A stretch of 64,000 nucleotides of DNA from an uncultured delta proteobacterium (GTDB lineage: Bacteria > Myxococcota_A > Polyangia > Polyangiales > B10-G4): assembly GCA_963727445.1 (NCBI GenBank), contig CAVSGI010000008.1, positions 512,001 to 576,000 of the forward strand, given 5' to 3'. The position numbers were made by a program, and so were the translations under genes. Shown piece by piece: positions 44,901 through 53,729 of the stretch (its first letter is position 1; every line of letters starts with the position of its first letter). The notes below the pieces were generated by a model that was not told where the DNA came from, did no database searches, and saw nothing but the letters and a program-made list of their open reading frames with translations.

Positions 44901-46771
44901 GCGCCCTCTGCGTCACCGCGATCCCGGCGCTGAGCGAGCGCCAGGCAGAGCGCGTCGTCTGCCTGGGCGCGCTCACCGCGCGCCGCGAGGACGAATGCGC
45001 GCGCGTCCTGTGTGGTCACCAGATCGGCGAGCGCATCGGCGCGCGCGCGCTTCTCCTCCTCGGTGAGCGTTCGCAGGAATGCGACCACGAGATCGCGGCG
45101 CAGCCGAGGCGCGCCTTCCGCCCCGAAGGTCACCGCACCCTCGGCGGCGAGCGCCGACAGGCCCGACGCCGCGGCCGAGCCGAGGAGCGTGGTGAGCACG
45201 CGAGGCTCGAGGCTCCCGCCGGCGACCGCGAGGTGCTCGGCCACGGCGCGGCCGCGCGCCGGGAGCACCGCCGGTCCCTCCGACGAAGACGCGCGCAGCG
45301 TCTCGGGACGCGCGGGATCCCCGCCATCGAGGAGGATGGCGGCCAAGAGCCGGCAGAGCCGCCCGACGAGGCCACCGCTCGCTTCGAGGGCGGCGTCGAC
45401 AAGCGCTGTCCTGGGGCTCTTCACCCCGAGCGCACTCTGCAGGAGCGCGGCGATGGTCTTCGCTTCTGCTGCGCCGAGGCTGACTGTGCTCTCGCCGTCG
45501 ATCGGCGTCGTGCGTTCGAGGACGACGTGAAGCGTCACACCATCGAGGGCCGCCGCGGAAACGAGCGCGCGCGCCTCCTCCACGCTCACGCCGTCCGCGT
45601 CCTCCACCAGGAGCACCGCGTCGTGCGAGGGCGCCCCGCCGAGGGTGCCCACCGACGTCGCGAAGGTGGGGACGGTGGCCTTCGACTCCGCGCGGCCCCT
45701 CTGCAGCCGCCGCACCGCTTCGTGAACGAGGCGCGTGCGGCCCGCCCCCGACGGCCCGGCGACCACCACCACCCCCGTCGCGCCCAAGAGCGCCTCTTCG
45801 AGCGCCGCGAGCTCTGCCTCGCGCCCGGCGAGGGGCAGCGCTGTCGTGGCCATCGCGCGCTCGACCTCGGTCGCGGCGGCGGCCAGCTCGCTGAGCGCGT
45901 CCTTGGAGAGAGGCTCACCGCCGAGCTCGCGCCTCAGGGTCGCCAGACGAGAGACGACCTCGCGCGCGCTCGACGGTCGTTCGGTGGGCTCGAGCGAGAG
46001 GAGTGAATCGACGAGGCGGCCGAGGGAAGCCGGAACCGCCGCGGGCAGCGACGACGCGCCGCGCGGGCTCTCGGTCGCGCGCGCCCAGAGCTCGGCCACC
46101 GACGCCGAGCGGGTGTCGGTGAGCGGGCTCTTGCCGCCGAGGAGATGATGGAGCGTCGCGCCCAGCGCGTAGAGATCGACCGCCGCGGATCGGTGCCCCT
46201 GCCAGGCCTCGGGCGCGAGGAAGGCGGGCGTGCCGGCCGCCGTCGGCCCTGTGCCGGGTGGGCGCGCGAGGCCGAGGTCGATCACGATGGCGGCGAGGGG
46301 ATTGTCGCCGACGACCACGTTGTCGGGCTTGATGTCCCCGTGCACCAGCCCCACGCGGTGGATCGCCGCGAGCGCGCGCCCGATGGCGATGCCCACGCCG
46401 AGCGCCCAGAGGGGACGGTCTTCCTCCGCGATGCCGTCCACGGCCCGGCTCGCACGCGCGCCTGGCGCGAAGGCTTCGACCAGGACCGTGGCGCCTGGGC
46501 CGAAACGGAAGGGCGGCGGCGCTCCCTCGGCCACCGTGAGGAGCTCGTGCACCGGCGCGACGTTGGGATGCGCGATGCCGGTGAGGAGCTCGTGCTCCCA
46601 GGTGAGGCGGCCCGCGTCCTCGGGCGCCACGACCTTCAGCGCCCTGGGCGCGTCCTCGCTCCGCGTGTCGCGGGCGAGGATCACCCGTCCGGTGGCCCCG
46701 CGCCCCAGCTCCCGCACGTAGCGATAGCGCCCCGCCAACAACGGTGGCGCTTCCACGAGCTCCGACTTCAC
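41972..46771 (-). CDS. Ser/Thr kinase-ATPase-TPR-GAF-sigma54 activator-Fis HTH hybrid
   Basis: HGDIKPDN, GTPAFLAPE; GPSGAGRT; GAF (RSVVAVP...GAIYLD); GESGTGKE, GAFTGA, FREDLFYRL, WPGNVRQL; GNQTKAAKLLG. Confidence 0.92.
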   Translation of the reverse strand: MKSELVEAPPLLAGRYRYVRELGRGATGRVILARDTRSEDAPRALKVVAPEDAGRLTWEHELLTGIAHPNVAPVHELLTVAEGAPPPFRFGPGATVLVEAFAPGARASRAVDGIAEEDRPLWALGVGIAIGRALAAIHRVGLVHGDIKPDNVVVGDNPLAAIVIDLGLARPPGTGPTAAGTPAFLAPEAWQGHRSAAVDLYALGATLHHLLGGKSPLTDTRSASVAELWARATESPRGASSLPAAVPASLGRLVDSLLSLEPTERPSSAREVVSRLATLRRELGGEPLSKDALSELAAAATEVERAMATTALPLAGREAELAALEEALLGATGVVVVAGPSGAGRTRLVHEAVRRLQRGRAESKATVPTFATSVGTLGGAPSHDAVLLVEDADGVSVEEARALVSAAALDGVTLHVVLERTTPIDGESTVSLGAAEAKTIAALLQSALGVKSPRTALVDAALEASGGLVGRLCRLLAAILLDGGDPARPETLRASSSEGPAVLPARGRAVAEHLAVAGGSLEPRVLTTLLGSAAASGLSALAAEGAVTFGAEGAPRLRRDLVVAFLRTLTEEEKRARADALADLVTTQDARAFVLAARGERAQADDALCLALAQRRDRGDAEGAIALARLSEAVFGQSSARVGRALADALRARGRYREALEVLDADEDLAAITLRAELLRLSGRREEAAETVPPAITSDDPSVRFAARATAARLMLDGGEARAALSKATAGAAEATAEGDAVGEGRLCEVAALCALYAGEPGEASELAERAIAAARRGRAPAIEARAHAVAASIALSRGEIRRAAERYGRAFELAEAAGELHGAAAYLLNLGVTRLDAGDLGQATDALRDGARRLARLGRDQDLCRALYNLGLAGVLAGDDDLATVAVKSARAASARAGDRSAAAFAAILDAEIALRGGKLQRARSAAKEAASGAESATPRDRAVVSSRRAQILAALGDMSEARASLAEARAAAAEDGSELGRTELAVAAARVALAEGDAEAALSAAADARTSAERFGSYEARLRAILSSADAADAAADHEGARRHLSAARALLDAAANTLPPAARARMRTVAAYQRAFAAVPRSDGERAGDERFRRLVFYARRLTAERRVARLYEEILDAAIDLSGAERGFIVVRKDDGALRVRVARGLDRKTIDEDARLFSRSLAARAIDSGAPISTVDALRDERLDGAASVHALALRSVVAVPFKREGEVRGAIYLDDRLRPGAFGPEDVALLSDLADLSSIALDGAERLRRERRSRRRLEVRGLRLAHRVEAQARQIESLKRSAGAPAEDLGIVGRGDAMHKVLSLVERVAPSHVPVMVTGESGTGKELVARALHRLSERAEGPFVIENVSAIPETLLESELFGHERGAFTGADRARIGLFEAAAGGTLFLDEIGEMSPALQAKLLRAVQEGEIRPVGSSRSRKVDVRLVTATHRDLPSLVSQGAFREDLFYRLAVVTVELPPLRERREDIPALVAHFLERHDPDGDAEIDARALSLLSAFAWPGNVRQLENEIQRALVLSRGRIQPEHLSQAVRGDAVDEAVDELDLKGQVRVLERRLIGDALTRCQGNQTKAAKLLGVSRYGLQKMLKRLDIK

Positions 46772-46816
46772 CCCTCAATTACAGGAGAATTGCCCGAGCC
46801 CGTCAACCCGGTTGGC

Positions 46817-47737
46817 TCAGGCGGCTTCGCCGCTTTCCCCCGCCAGGAGGTAGAGCAGGGCCATCCGAACGGCCACCCCCGACTCGACCTGCGCCAGGAC
46901 CAGGCTCTGGGGCGAATCGGCCACGATGGGGTCGATCTCCACCCCCCGGTTCATGGGCCCCGGGTGCATCACCAAGCAGTCCTTCGCGGCCAGGGCGAGG
47001 GCGCGTGGACCGATGCCGAACTTGCGGCTGTACTCCCGCACCGAAGGCAGGAGGTTCGAGGCTTTGCGCTCGTGCTGGATGCGCAGCGCCATGATCACGT
47101 CGACGCCTTCGATGCCGGAGGCGAGGTCGTCGTGCACCGAGACGTCGTAGGCCTCGGGCGCCGCCGGCAGCATGGTGCGCGGCGCGACGAAGCGAACCTC
47201 CGCCCCCAGCATGCGCAACAGCAGCGCGTTCGAGCGCGCGACGCGCGAACGGGCGATGTCGCCGCAGATGGCGATCTTCAAGCCTTCGATGCGACCCTTG
47301 TGCTGTCGCAGGGTGAAGGCGTCGAGGAGCGCCTGGGTGGGATGGGCGTGGGTGCCGTCGCCCGCGTTCACCACGCTGAAGCCGACGCGCTTCGCCACGT
47401 AGTGCGGCGCGCCCGACGCGCTGTGGCGCATGATCACCACGTCGGGGTGCATCGCCTCCAGGGTCTTGACCGTGTCGTAGAGCGACTCGCCCTTCTTCAC
47501 CGACGAGGAGGCGACGCTCATGTTGATCACGTCGGCGCTCATGCGCTTGCCCGCGAGCTCGAAGGAGGTGCGGGTGCGGGTGGAGTTCTCGTAGAAGAGG
47601 TTGATGACCGTCTTGCCGCGAAGCGTGGGGACTTTCTTCACCGGTCGCTTCGCGACCTCGAAGAACGCGGCCGCCGTATCGAGGATGCGGGTGGCTTCCT
47701 CCGCGCTCAGATCATCGACGTCCAAGAGGTGCTTCAT
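46817..47737 (-). CDS. pyrB: Aspartate carbamoyltransferase catalytic subunit
   Basis: [40 protein letters not shown]. Confidence 0.97.
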   Translation of the reverse strand: MKHLLDVDDLSAEEATRILDTAAAFFEVAKRPVKKVPTLRGKTVINLFYENSTRTRTSFELAGKRMSADVINMSVASSSVKKGESLYDTVKTLEAMHPDVVIMRHSASGAPHYVAKRVGFSVVNAGDGTHAHPTQALLDAFTLRQHKGRIEGLKIAICGDIARSRVARSNALLLRMLGAEVRFVAPRTMLPAAPEAYDVSVHDDLASGIEGVDVIMALRIQHERKASNLLPSVREYSRKFGIGPRALALAAKDCLVMHPGPMNRGVEIDPIVADSPQSLVLAQVESGVAVRMALLYLLAGESGEAA

Positions 47738-48274
47738 GCCCCACCCTTCTTTCGCATCACGACGCGATCCGGCCCGCCCTCGTCGAGCTCGACGCCGACC
47801 TGGCTCCCCGCGGTCGCGTCCACCGTGACCCCGACGAAATCCGCGACGATCGGCAGCTCGCGGCCCCCGCGATCACAGAGCACGGCGAGCCAGATTCGCT
47901 CGGGACGGCCGTAGTCGAGGAGGCACTCGATGGCCGCGCGGATGGTGCGCCCCGTCTGCAGCACGTCGTCGACGATCACCACGTGCTGGTGGTCGACCTC
48001 GAAAGCGATCTCCACTCGGCCCGATCTTGGGGTCGGGCAGCGCCGTCGCCGCGTCGTCGCGGTAGAGGGCGATGTCCACCGTGCCGACCGGCACCTTCAC
48101 GCCCTCGGCTTCTTCGATGGCGGCGGCGAGGCGCTTCGCGATGGGCACGCCGCCGCGACGCACGCCGACGAGCGCGAGCCGCGCGGCGCCGCCCGTGCGC
48201 TCGACGATCTCGGACGCGATGCGCCTCAGGCTCCGCCCGATCGCTTCCTCATCGAGAAGTACCGTCTCATCCAC
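47734..48274 (-). CDS. pyrR: PyrR regulator/uracil phosphoribosyltransferase (one frameshift near 48015)
   Basis: [40 protein letters not shown]. Confidence 0.92.
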
Positions 48275-48315
48275 CGGGGCGGATGATAGCGGATCCTTCG
48301 CCTCGGAAGATCAGC

Positions 48316-48828
48316 CTAGGTCGTGGGGCCGGCCGCGCCGGGGGCCTCGGCAGAATGCGGCATGGTCTCGCCGTTCTCCTGCCGCTGCCGCATCTCGTAC
48401 TTGGAGGGGCAACGGGGCACGACCTCGTTGGCCAGGAAGGTGTTGTCGTCTTGGAGCTCGCCGCGGACGGTGACGCTGATGCCCATGCCGTCTCGGAAGG
48501 AGTCGGGGACCACGCACTGGGGATAGGCGACGCTCATCTCCTGCTCGCCCTTTTCGAGGACGAAGCGCCACTCGCAGGGGTCTTCGCGGAAGCGGATGGA
48601 GCCCTGGCGGAGCTCGCCTTCGACCCGGAGCTGGCGGCCCCGATGCTGGTCGGGGTGGTCCATGACCTCGTCGAGGAGCTTGGAGTAGACGAAGACCTCG
48701 GAAGTGTCCGAGCCGAAGAGGAGGAAGGCGACGCCGCCGGCGAGGAGGACGAAGACGAAACCGATCGGCACCCAGATGGGCAGTCCTCTCTTCTCTCCGT
48801 CGTCCGGCCGCTGGGCTTCTTCGCTCAT
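48316..48828 (-). CDS. ccmE: Cytochrome c maturation heme chaperone CcmE (Cys variant)
   Basis: N-terminal TM, LRVEG, VPDSFRDG, C-terminal CPSKY. Confidence 0.82.
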   Translation of the reverse strand: MSEEAQRPDDGEKRGLPIWVPIGFVFVLLAGGVAFLLFGSDTSEVFVYSKLLDEVMDHPDQHRGRQLRVEGELRQGSIRFREDPCEWRFVLEKGEQEMSVAYPQCVVPDSFRDGMGISVTVRGELQDDNTFLANEVVPRCPSKYEMRQRQENGETMPHSAEAPGAAGPTT

Positions 48829-48903
48829 CTTCTGACCTCTCGTCAGGACAAAGTATGGGTCAGCGGGCGCCGGATCGCCAGATGAGGCTCCCCCAAAGCG
48901 AAA

Positions 48904-48931
48904 CCGGGACGGAGGTCTCCCTCCGTCCCGG
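48904..48931 (-). terminator. Hairpin after atpE, probable intrinsic terminator
   Basis: 12-bp perfect stem CCGGGACGGAGG/CCTCCGTCCCGG, GAGA loop on the minus strand, followed by TTTCGCTTT. Confidence 0.7.
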
Positions 48932-48960
48932 CAATTACCGGCTGGTTCAGGTCTCTGGAC

Positions 48961-49275
48961 TCAGGTCCCGAGGAGCATGATCGCGACGACCAGTGCGTAG
49001 ATCACCAGCGACTCGATCAGCGCCAGGCCGAGGATCATCGGGGTGAAGATCTTGCCGGACGCGTTGGGGTTGCGGGCGATGCCCTCGAGGGCAGCCGCCG
49101 CGGCGCGGCCCTGGCCGAGGGAGCCGCCGAAAGCCGCCAGACCGATGGCGAGACCAGCCGCCATGTAGGCCCACATCCGCACGCCGGGATCGGCGGCGGG
49201 CTCCTGCGCGAAAGCCGTCGCGGTGACGAGCGTGGGCGCGAGGAATGCGGCGAGGGTGAGCATCTTCTTCTTCAT
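48961..49275 (-). CDS. atpE: ATP synthase Fo subunit c
   Basis: [23 protein letters not shown]. Confidence 0.95.
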   Translation of the reverse strand: MKKKMLTLAAFLAPTLVTATAFAQEPAADPGVRMWAYMAAGLAIGLAAFGGSLGQGRAAAAALEGIARNPNASGKIFTPMILGLALIESLVIYALVVAIMLLGT

Positions 49276-49338
49276 CGAGAGCCTCCTAGAACTTTCTCAT
49301 TCGGTGACCGAGCCAGCCGGCTACGGCAAAAGGGGGTT

Positions 49339-50133
49339 TCAGTGTTCCTCGTGGGCGATCGCCATCGAGATGTAAACCGATGACAAAAGGCAGAAGACCA
49401 GCGTCTGAACGACGACGACGATCGAGCCGAGGACGTACATCGGGAGCGGGACGAAGAACGGCACGAGCCCGATGAAGATCGTGAGGACCATGTGGTCCGC
49501 GGTCATGTTCGCCATCAGACGAATGGCCAGCGAGGCCGGCTTGACCAGGGAGCTGATGATCTCGATCACCAGCATCAGCGCCATCAGGGGCAGCGCGTAC
49601 CACTTGATGATGGGCCCGAGGAAGTGCTTGAAGTAGGGCAGGCCGTGCTCCTTCACCCCGAAGATGTGCGTGGTGAAGAAGATGACCGAGGCGCAGGCCA
49701 GCGTGGTGTTGAGCTTGTCGGTGGGCGGCAGGAAGCCCGGGATCAGGCCGAGCGCGTTCGAAAAGAGGATGAAGAAGGCGCAGGTGCCGATGAGCGGCAG
49801 GAAGAAGCGCGCGGCCTTGGGGCCCATCATCTCCTGCAGCTGCCCGTAGGTGGCCTCGACCAGGAGCTCGACGAAGCTCGAGATCGTCAGGCTGTCCTCG
49901 GGGACGATCGCGTCCTTGGTGTTCTTGACGCGCGCGTTCGACACCAGCGCGAAGATCGTGATGAGGATCAGCACGAGGATCGCCGCGAAGACGTGCTGCA
50001 GGCTGATGTGCTCGTGGGCGACCCAGCTCACGCCCTCTTCGTTCACCGGCGCGGACAGCGCCTGCGCGGCGGTCTCGGCGTTCTTGTAGAAGGTGCCGAG
50101 GAGGACGTCGAACCAGCTGTGACCGTGGGGCAT
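49339..50133 (-). CDS. atpB: ATP synthase Fo subunit a
   Basis: FILFSNALGLIPG, KPASLAIRLMANM, QTLVFCLLSSVY. Confidence 0.95.
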   Translation of the reverse strand: MPHGHSWFDVLLGTFYKNAETAAQALSAPVNEEGVSWVAHEHISLQHVFAAILVLILITIFALVSNARVKNTKDAIVPEDSLTISSFVELLVEATYGQLQEMMGPKAARFFLPLIGTCAFFILFSNALGLIPGFLPPTDKLNTTLACASVIFFTTHIFGVKEHGLPYFKHFLGPIIKWYALPLMALMLVIEIISSLVKPASLAIRLMANMTADHMVLTIFIGLVPFFVPLPMYVLGSIVVVVQTLVFCLLSSVYISMAIAHEEH

Positions 50134-50134
50134 C

Positions 50135-50497
50135 TCAGCGCTCCTCCTCGAGGACGTTCTTGCCAGCCATGGCGAAGCCGATGAAGAGCGCGCTGAAGCC
50201 GACCGCGAAACCGATCGGATGCACCCCCACCTTCGCCAGGAGGATCCAGATGATCGCGAGGATGAACACCATCTTCATGGCGAGCATCACCGCAGTGGAG
50301 CCGCGCGACTTCTGCGGCCCGTGAACCAGCCGCATGACGAGCCACCTCAGGCCCACGAAGTTGAGCACCGCGACCACCGCGCCCACCGCGGCGCCGACCG
50401 CCGGCGACAGGCCGCCGATGGCGAAGACCAACACCGTGAGCACGACGCCCGCCAGGGCGACGTTCAGGGTGAGTCTGTCGATCGGTGCTTTTTCCAT
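50135..50497 (-). CDS. atpI: ATP synthase protein I
   Basis: Four hydrophobic helices, GAVVAVLNF motif, directly upstream of atpB. Confidence 0.7.
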   Translation of the reverse strand: MEKAPIDRLTLNVALAGVVLTVLVFAIGGLSPAVGAAVGAVVAVLNFVGLRWLVMRLVHGPQKSRGSTAVMLAMKMVFILAIIWILLAKVGVHPIGFAVGFSALFIGFAMAGKNVLEEER

Positions 50498-50504
50498 CGG
50501 TGAT

Positions 50505-50798
50505 TCAGTCGGCGGATTTCTGGTCCGGCTTCTTGCAGTTGAAGTGGCGCTCTCTCTCGTCCCCAGCCTCGAGATCCGCCTGTGTCTTGCGGGTGAGCTG
50601 ATAGAGGCTCTTGCCCCCGGCGGCAAGGCCGATGGCGGCCCCGACCCAGGCGAGCCAGGGGGTCGTGCCGAGCTGGCCATCCAGCCAGCGCCCCCCGAAG
50701 TATCCGACGCAGAGCGCCAGGCCCAGCTCGATCCCGATGGCGCCTACGCGACCAGCGATCTTGAGCTGCTCCGAGTCCGCGGACTTGAGAACCCACAT
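50505..50798 (-). CDS. AtpZ/ATPase gene 1 family protein
   Basis: IGIELGLALCVGYFGGRWLDGQLGTTPW pattern. Confidence 0.8.
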   Translation of the reverse strand: MWVLKSADSEQLKIAGRVGAIGIELGLALCVGYFGGRWLDGQLGTTPWLAWVGAAIGLAAGGKSLYQLTRKTQADLEAGDERERHFNCKKPDQKSAD

Positions 50799-50878
50799 CA
50801 CGTCAAAGACCTCGAAACCACTTTGAAAAACTGCCGGGGAAGCACCCCGTGCGAAACGCCCTTTCCGAGCGCGCGCGC

Positions 50879-50907
50879 TAGGTAGCACGCCCCCCTGGTG
50901 GGGTCAA
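50879..50907 (-). promoter_or_regulatory. Candidate sigma70 promoter of the Fo operon
   Basis: Minus strand TTGACC-N17-TACCTA with extended TG; the -10 element is imperfect. Confidence 0.4.
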
Positions 50908-50958
50908 GGACGCCCGAAGACCAGCGTTTCGGGGGAAAAGCGTTTCGATTACGAGTGG

Positions 50959-52242
50959 TTAACAGGCGGCAAAGGCCGCCTCCATCGCCTTCTTCGTGTG
51001 TCCCAACGCGGCGCTATCGTGCGCGGTGGAGAGGAAGCCAGCCTCGAACTGGGAGGGCGGCCAGTGCACGCCCTGCTCGATGAGCGCCGCGTGCCATCGG
51101 CCGAAACGCTCCTTGTCCGAAGCGGCAGCGTCATCCCAGCTCTTCACCGCACCGTCGCGGAAGAAGGGGGTGAGCATGGCGCCCACCCGCTGGACCGTGA
51201 CCGTCACCCCGGCCTTCTTCGCGGCGGATTCGACGATCTCCTGGAGCTCGGCGCCGATGGCTTCGAGCTTCTCGTAGACGCCCTGCTCGCGGGCGAGCTC
51301 GAGGGTCGCCTTGCCGGCCGCGACGGCCAGCGGGTTTCCGCTGAGGGTGCCGGCTTGATAGACCGGACCGAGGGGGGCGATGCGCTCCATGATCTCTCGG
51401 CGGCCCCCGTAGGCGCCGACCGGCAGCCCACCACCCACGATCTTGCCGAGGCAGGTGAGGTCCGGCGTGATCCCGAAGCGCGCCTGGGCGCCGCCGAGGG
51501 CCACCCGGAAGCCGGTCATGACCTCGTCGAAGACGAGGAGGGCGCCGCTCTTCTGCGTGATCTCGCGGAGCGCCTCGAGGTAGCCGGGCTCGGGCGGGAC
51601 GGTGCCCATGTTGCCAGCGACCGGCTCGAGGATCACGGCGGCGATCTCGTCGCCGCGCTCTTCGAAGAGGGCGCGGACGGCGTCGGCGTCGTTGTAGGGG
51701 ACGAGCGCGGTGTTCTTGGCGATGTCCGCGGGCACGCCGCCGCTGTCCGGGACCCCGAAGGTCGCGAGGCCGCTCCCCGCCTTGACGAGGAGGTAGTCGG
51801 CGCCGCCGTGGTAGTTGCCGATGCACTTCACGACCACGTCGCGGCCGGTGAAGCCGCGCGCCACGCGGAGCGCGCCCATCACCGCCTCGGTGCCGCTCGA
51901 CACCAGCCGGCTCATCTGCATCGACGGGACCAGCTCGGCGATGAGCTCGGCCATCTCGATCTCGCCTTCGGTGGGCGCGCCGTAGCTCGTGCCCTTGGCG
52001 GCAGCCTTCTGCACGGCCTCGACCACCTTCGGGTGGGCGTGGCCGAAGAGCATCGGGCCCCAGGAGCCGACGTAGTCGACGTATTCCCTTCCGTCGGCGC
52101 CCACCAGGTAGGCGCCATGGGCGGCCTTTATGAAGATCGGCGAGCCGCCCACCGCCGCGAAGGCGCGGACGGGGGAGTTGACGCCGCCAGGGAGGACCTT
52201 CTTCGCGCGCTCGAAGAGCGCGATGCTCTTTTCATCGGCCAT
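50959..52242 (-). CDS. hemL: Glutamate-1-semialdehyde 2,1-aminomutase
   Basis: PGGVNSPVRAF, DYVGSWGP, FDEVMTGFR, GKIVGGGLP, YQAGTLSGNP. Confidence 0.97.
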   Translation of the reverse strand: MADEKSIALFERAKKVLPGGVNSPVRAFAAVGGSPIFIKAAHGAYLVGADGREYVDYVGSWGPMLFGHAHPKVVEAVQKAAAKGTSYGAPTEGEIEMAELIAELVPSMQMSRLVSSGTEAVMGALRVARGFTGRDVVVKCIGNYHGGADYLLVKAGSGLATFGVPDSGGVPADIAKNTALVPYNDADAVRALFEERGDEIAAVILEPVAGNMGTVPPEPGYLEALREITQKSGALLVFDEVMTGFRVALGGAQARFGITPDLTCLGKIVGGGLPVGAYGGRREIMERIAPLGPVYQAGTLSGNPLAVAAGKATLELAREQGVYEKLEAIGAELQEIVESAAKKAGVTVTVQRVGAMLTPFFRDGAVKSWDDAAASDKERFGRWHAALIEQGVHWPPSQFEAGFLSTAHDSAALGHTKKAMEAAFAAC

Positions 52243-52274
52243 GAAGGCCGTTTACCACACAGCGCGCTCCGGGG

Positions 52275-53729
52275 TCAGAGCTCGCTGGCGCCCACCGAGA
52301 GACGGAAGGAGCTGACGTGGGCTCCCTGCGCGAAGGTGTCGGTGCCGAAGGCGATCTCCAGGGTGAAGCTGGTGTCGCGCTCTGCGATGGTGCTGATACC
52401 CATCCCCCAGGTGAGGCGCAGGCGGTCCACGTCGAAGTCCCCGAGGTGCTCGCCGAAGACGTTGGCCACGGCGACATTCGCGACCCCTTCGAGCCAGACC
52501 CAGATCGGATAGCGATAGACGAGGGAGAGGCCCGCCGCGCTCCGCCCGCGAAGGTCGCCCTGGTAGTAACCGGTGATCAGGTTGGGGAAGTCTTCGATCC
52601 GGATCAGCTCGTTGAAGGGCAGCGGCGCGTCGCCCACGGGGTCGGCGAAGAGCGCGCCGCCGCCGAGCCCGAGCCTTCGTTGGCTGCCGAAGTCGAACCA
52701 CGCCCCCCCGGTGGCGCCGTAGCGGAACCAGCGACGCGAAACGAGGTGCTCGACGTCGTAGCCGAGCTCGCCGTAGACCTGCAGGCGCACGCCGGTGGCC
52801 GATGCGGGGCGCGGCCGGCGGTTGTCGATGGCGAGGCGCATCGACTGGTAGACCTTGGTGTAGCCGTCCACGAAAGCCGCCGGCGTGGAGAAGAGGCCCT
52901 GGTCCACGGCCTCGGGCACGCTGGGCTCGTCGCCCCAGGTGGTGTCTGAAAAGCGGTAGTGCTGAAGGCCGACGGCGAGGCGGAGCATGCTCTCGCGCCA
53001 GAACCGGTGCTGAAAGCGCAGATGCGCCTGCCACAGGTCCAGCTTGTAGCGGCTGCGCATGGTGCCGACGCGGACGTCGTAGCCTTCGCCTCCGTAGACC
53101 TGATCCGGCCTCCGCAGGTAGTCGAAGTTGACCTCGATCTCGGAGCGCGCGCCGACGTCGACGCGATCGCTCACGGCAGCGTGCAGATACTGGGTGCCCC
53201 AGAAGCCGCCCCAGACACGGAGATGGTTTCCCTCGGTGAGGAAGTCGTTCCAGAAGAAGTAGACGCCGGCGCTCGGGAGGAAGCCGAAGTTGAAGAAGAA
53301 GGTCGGCACGAGGCCCGCCTTGCGATCCTCCCAGGTGAAGAAGTCGAAGAGGAGCTGCACGACGTTCGCTTTTTCGAGCGCCGGCACTGCCGCCGCGAGC
53401 GGCACCCGCAGCAGGTACTCCCAGGCGACGTAGACGGGGAAGAAGAGGACGCGAGGGATCCAGAGCAGCTTCTGGCCGAAGGTCGTCGGCGCCGGCGCGC
53501 GCCCGTCGTAGGAGGGGATGGCGCGGCGCGAGGTGAGGAGGGGCTCGGAGTACTGAGGCTCCACGTCGTCAGCGTTGGCTGGATCGTCTGGAGCAGACGT
53601 GGACGCGGCCGGCGGTGACCCCTCACGTGGGGTCTGTGGCCGTGGCCCTTCGCCGTCGAGGGGTTCGTCCACCTGCGCTCGCGCCACCGGCGCGGCGAGG
53701 AGCACCGCGACCAGGATCAGCGCTCTCAT
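52275..53729 (-). CDS. Omp85/BamA-TamA-like outer membrane beta-barrel without obvious POTRA
   Basis: Signal peptide ending ARA; amphipathic strands; ITGYYQGDLRG resembles the (V/L)RG(Y/F) loop; terminal FRLSVG strand. Confidence 0.65.
   Translation of the reverse strand: MRALILVAVLLAAPVARAQVDEPLDGEGPRPQTPREGSPPAASTSAPDDPANADDVEPQYSEPLLTSRRAIPSYDGRAPAPTTFGQKLLWIPRVLFFPVYVAWEYLLRVPLAAAVPALEKANVVQLLFDFFTWEDRKAGLVPTFFFNFGFLPSAGVYFFWNDFLTEGNHLRVWGGFWGTQYLHAAVSDRVDVGARSEIEVNFDYLRRPDQVYGGEGYDVRVGTMRSRYKLDLWQAHLRFQHRFWRESMLRLAVGLQHYRFSDTTWGDEPSVPEAVDQGLFSTPAAFVDGYTKVYQSMRLAIDNRRPRPASATGVRLQVYGELGYDVEHLVSRRWFRYGATGGAWFDFGSQRRLGLGGGALFADPVGDAPLPFNELIRIEDFPNLITGYYQGDLRGRSAAGLSLVYRYPIWVWLEGVANVAVANVFGEHLGDFDVDRLRLTWGMGISTIAERDTSFTLEIAFGTDTFAQGAHVSSFRLSVGASEL

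Noticed and set aside
35077..46006. Very long antisense ORFs (35077-38766, 42458-46006)
   Set aside because: Expected shadow ORFs of high-GC3 coding sequence; no recognisable motifs.
48961..49275. Sodium-translocating ATP synthase
   Set aside because: Q, ES and Y are present but the motif reads ESLVIY without the Thr; ion specificity cannot be called from this.
48961..50798. Incomplete ATP synthase operon as an anomaly
   Set aside because: Separate Fo and F1 gene clusters are common in this group of bacteria.
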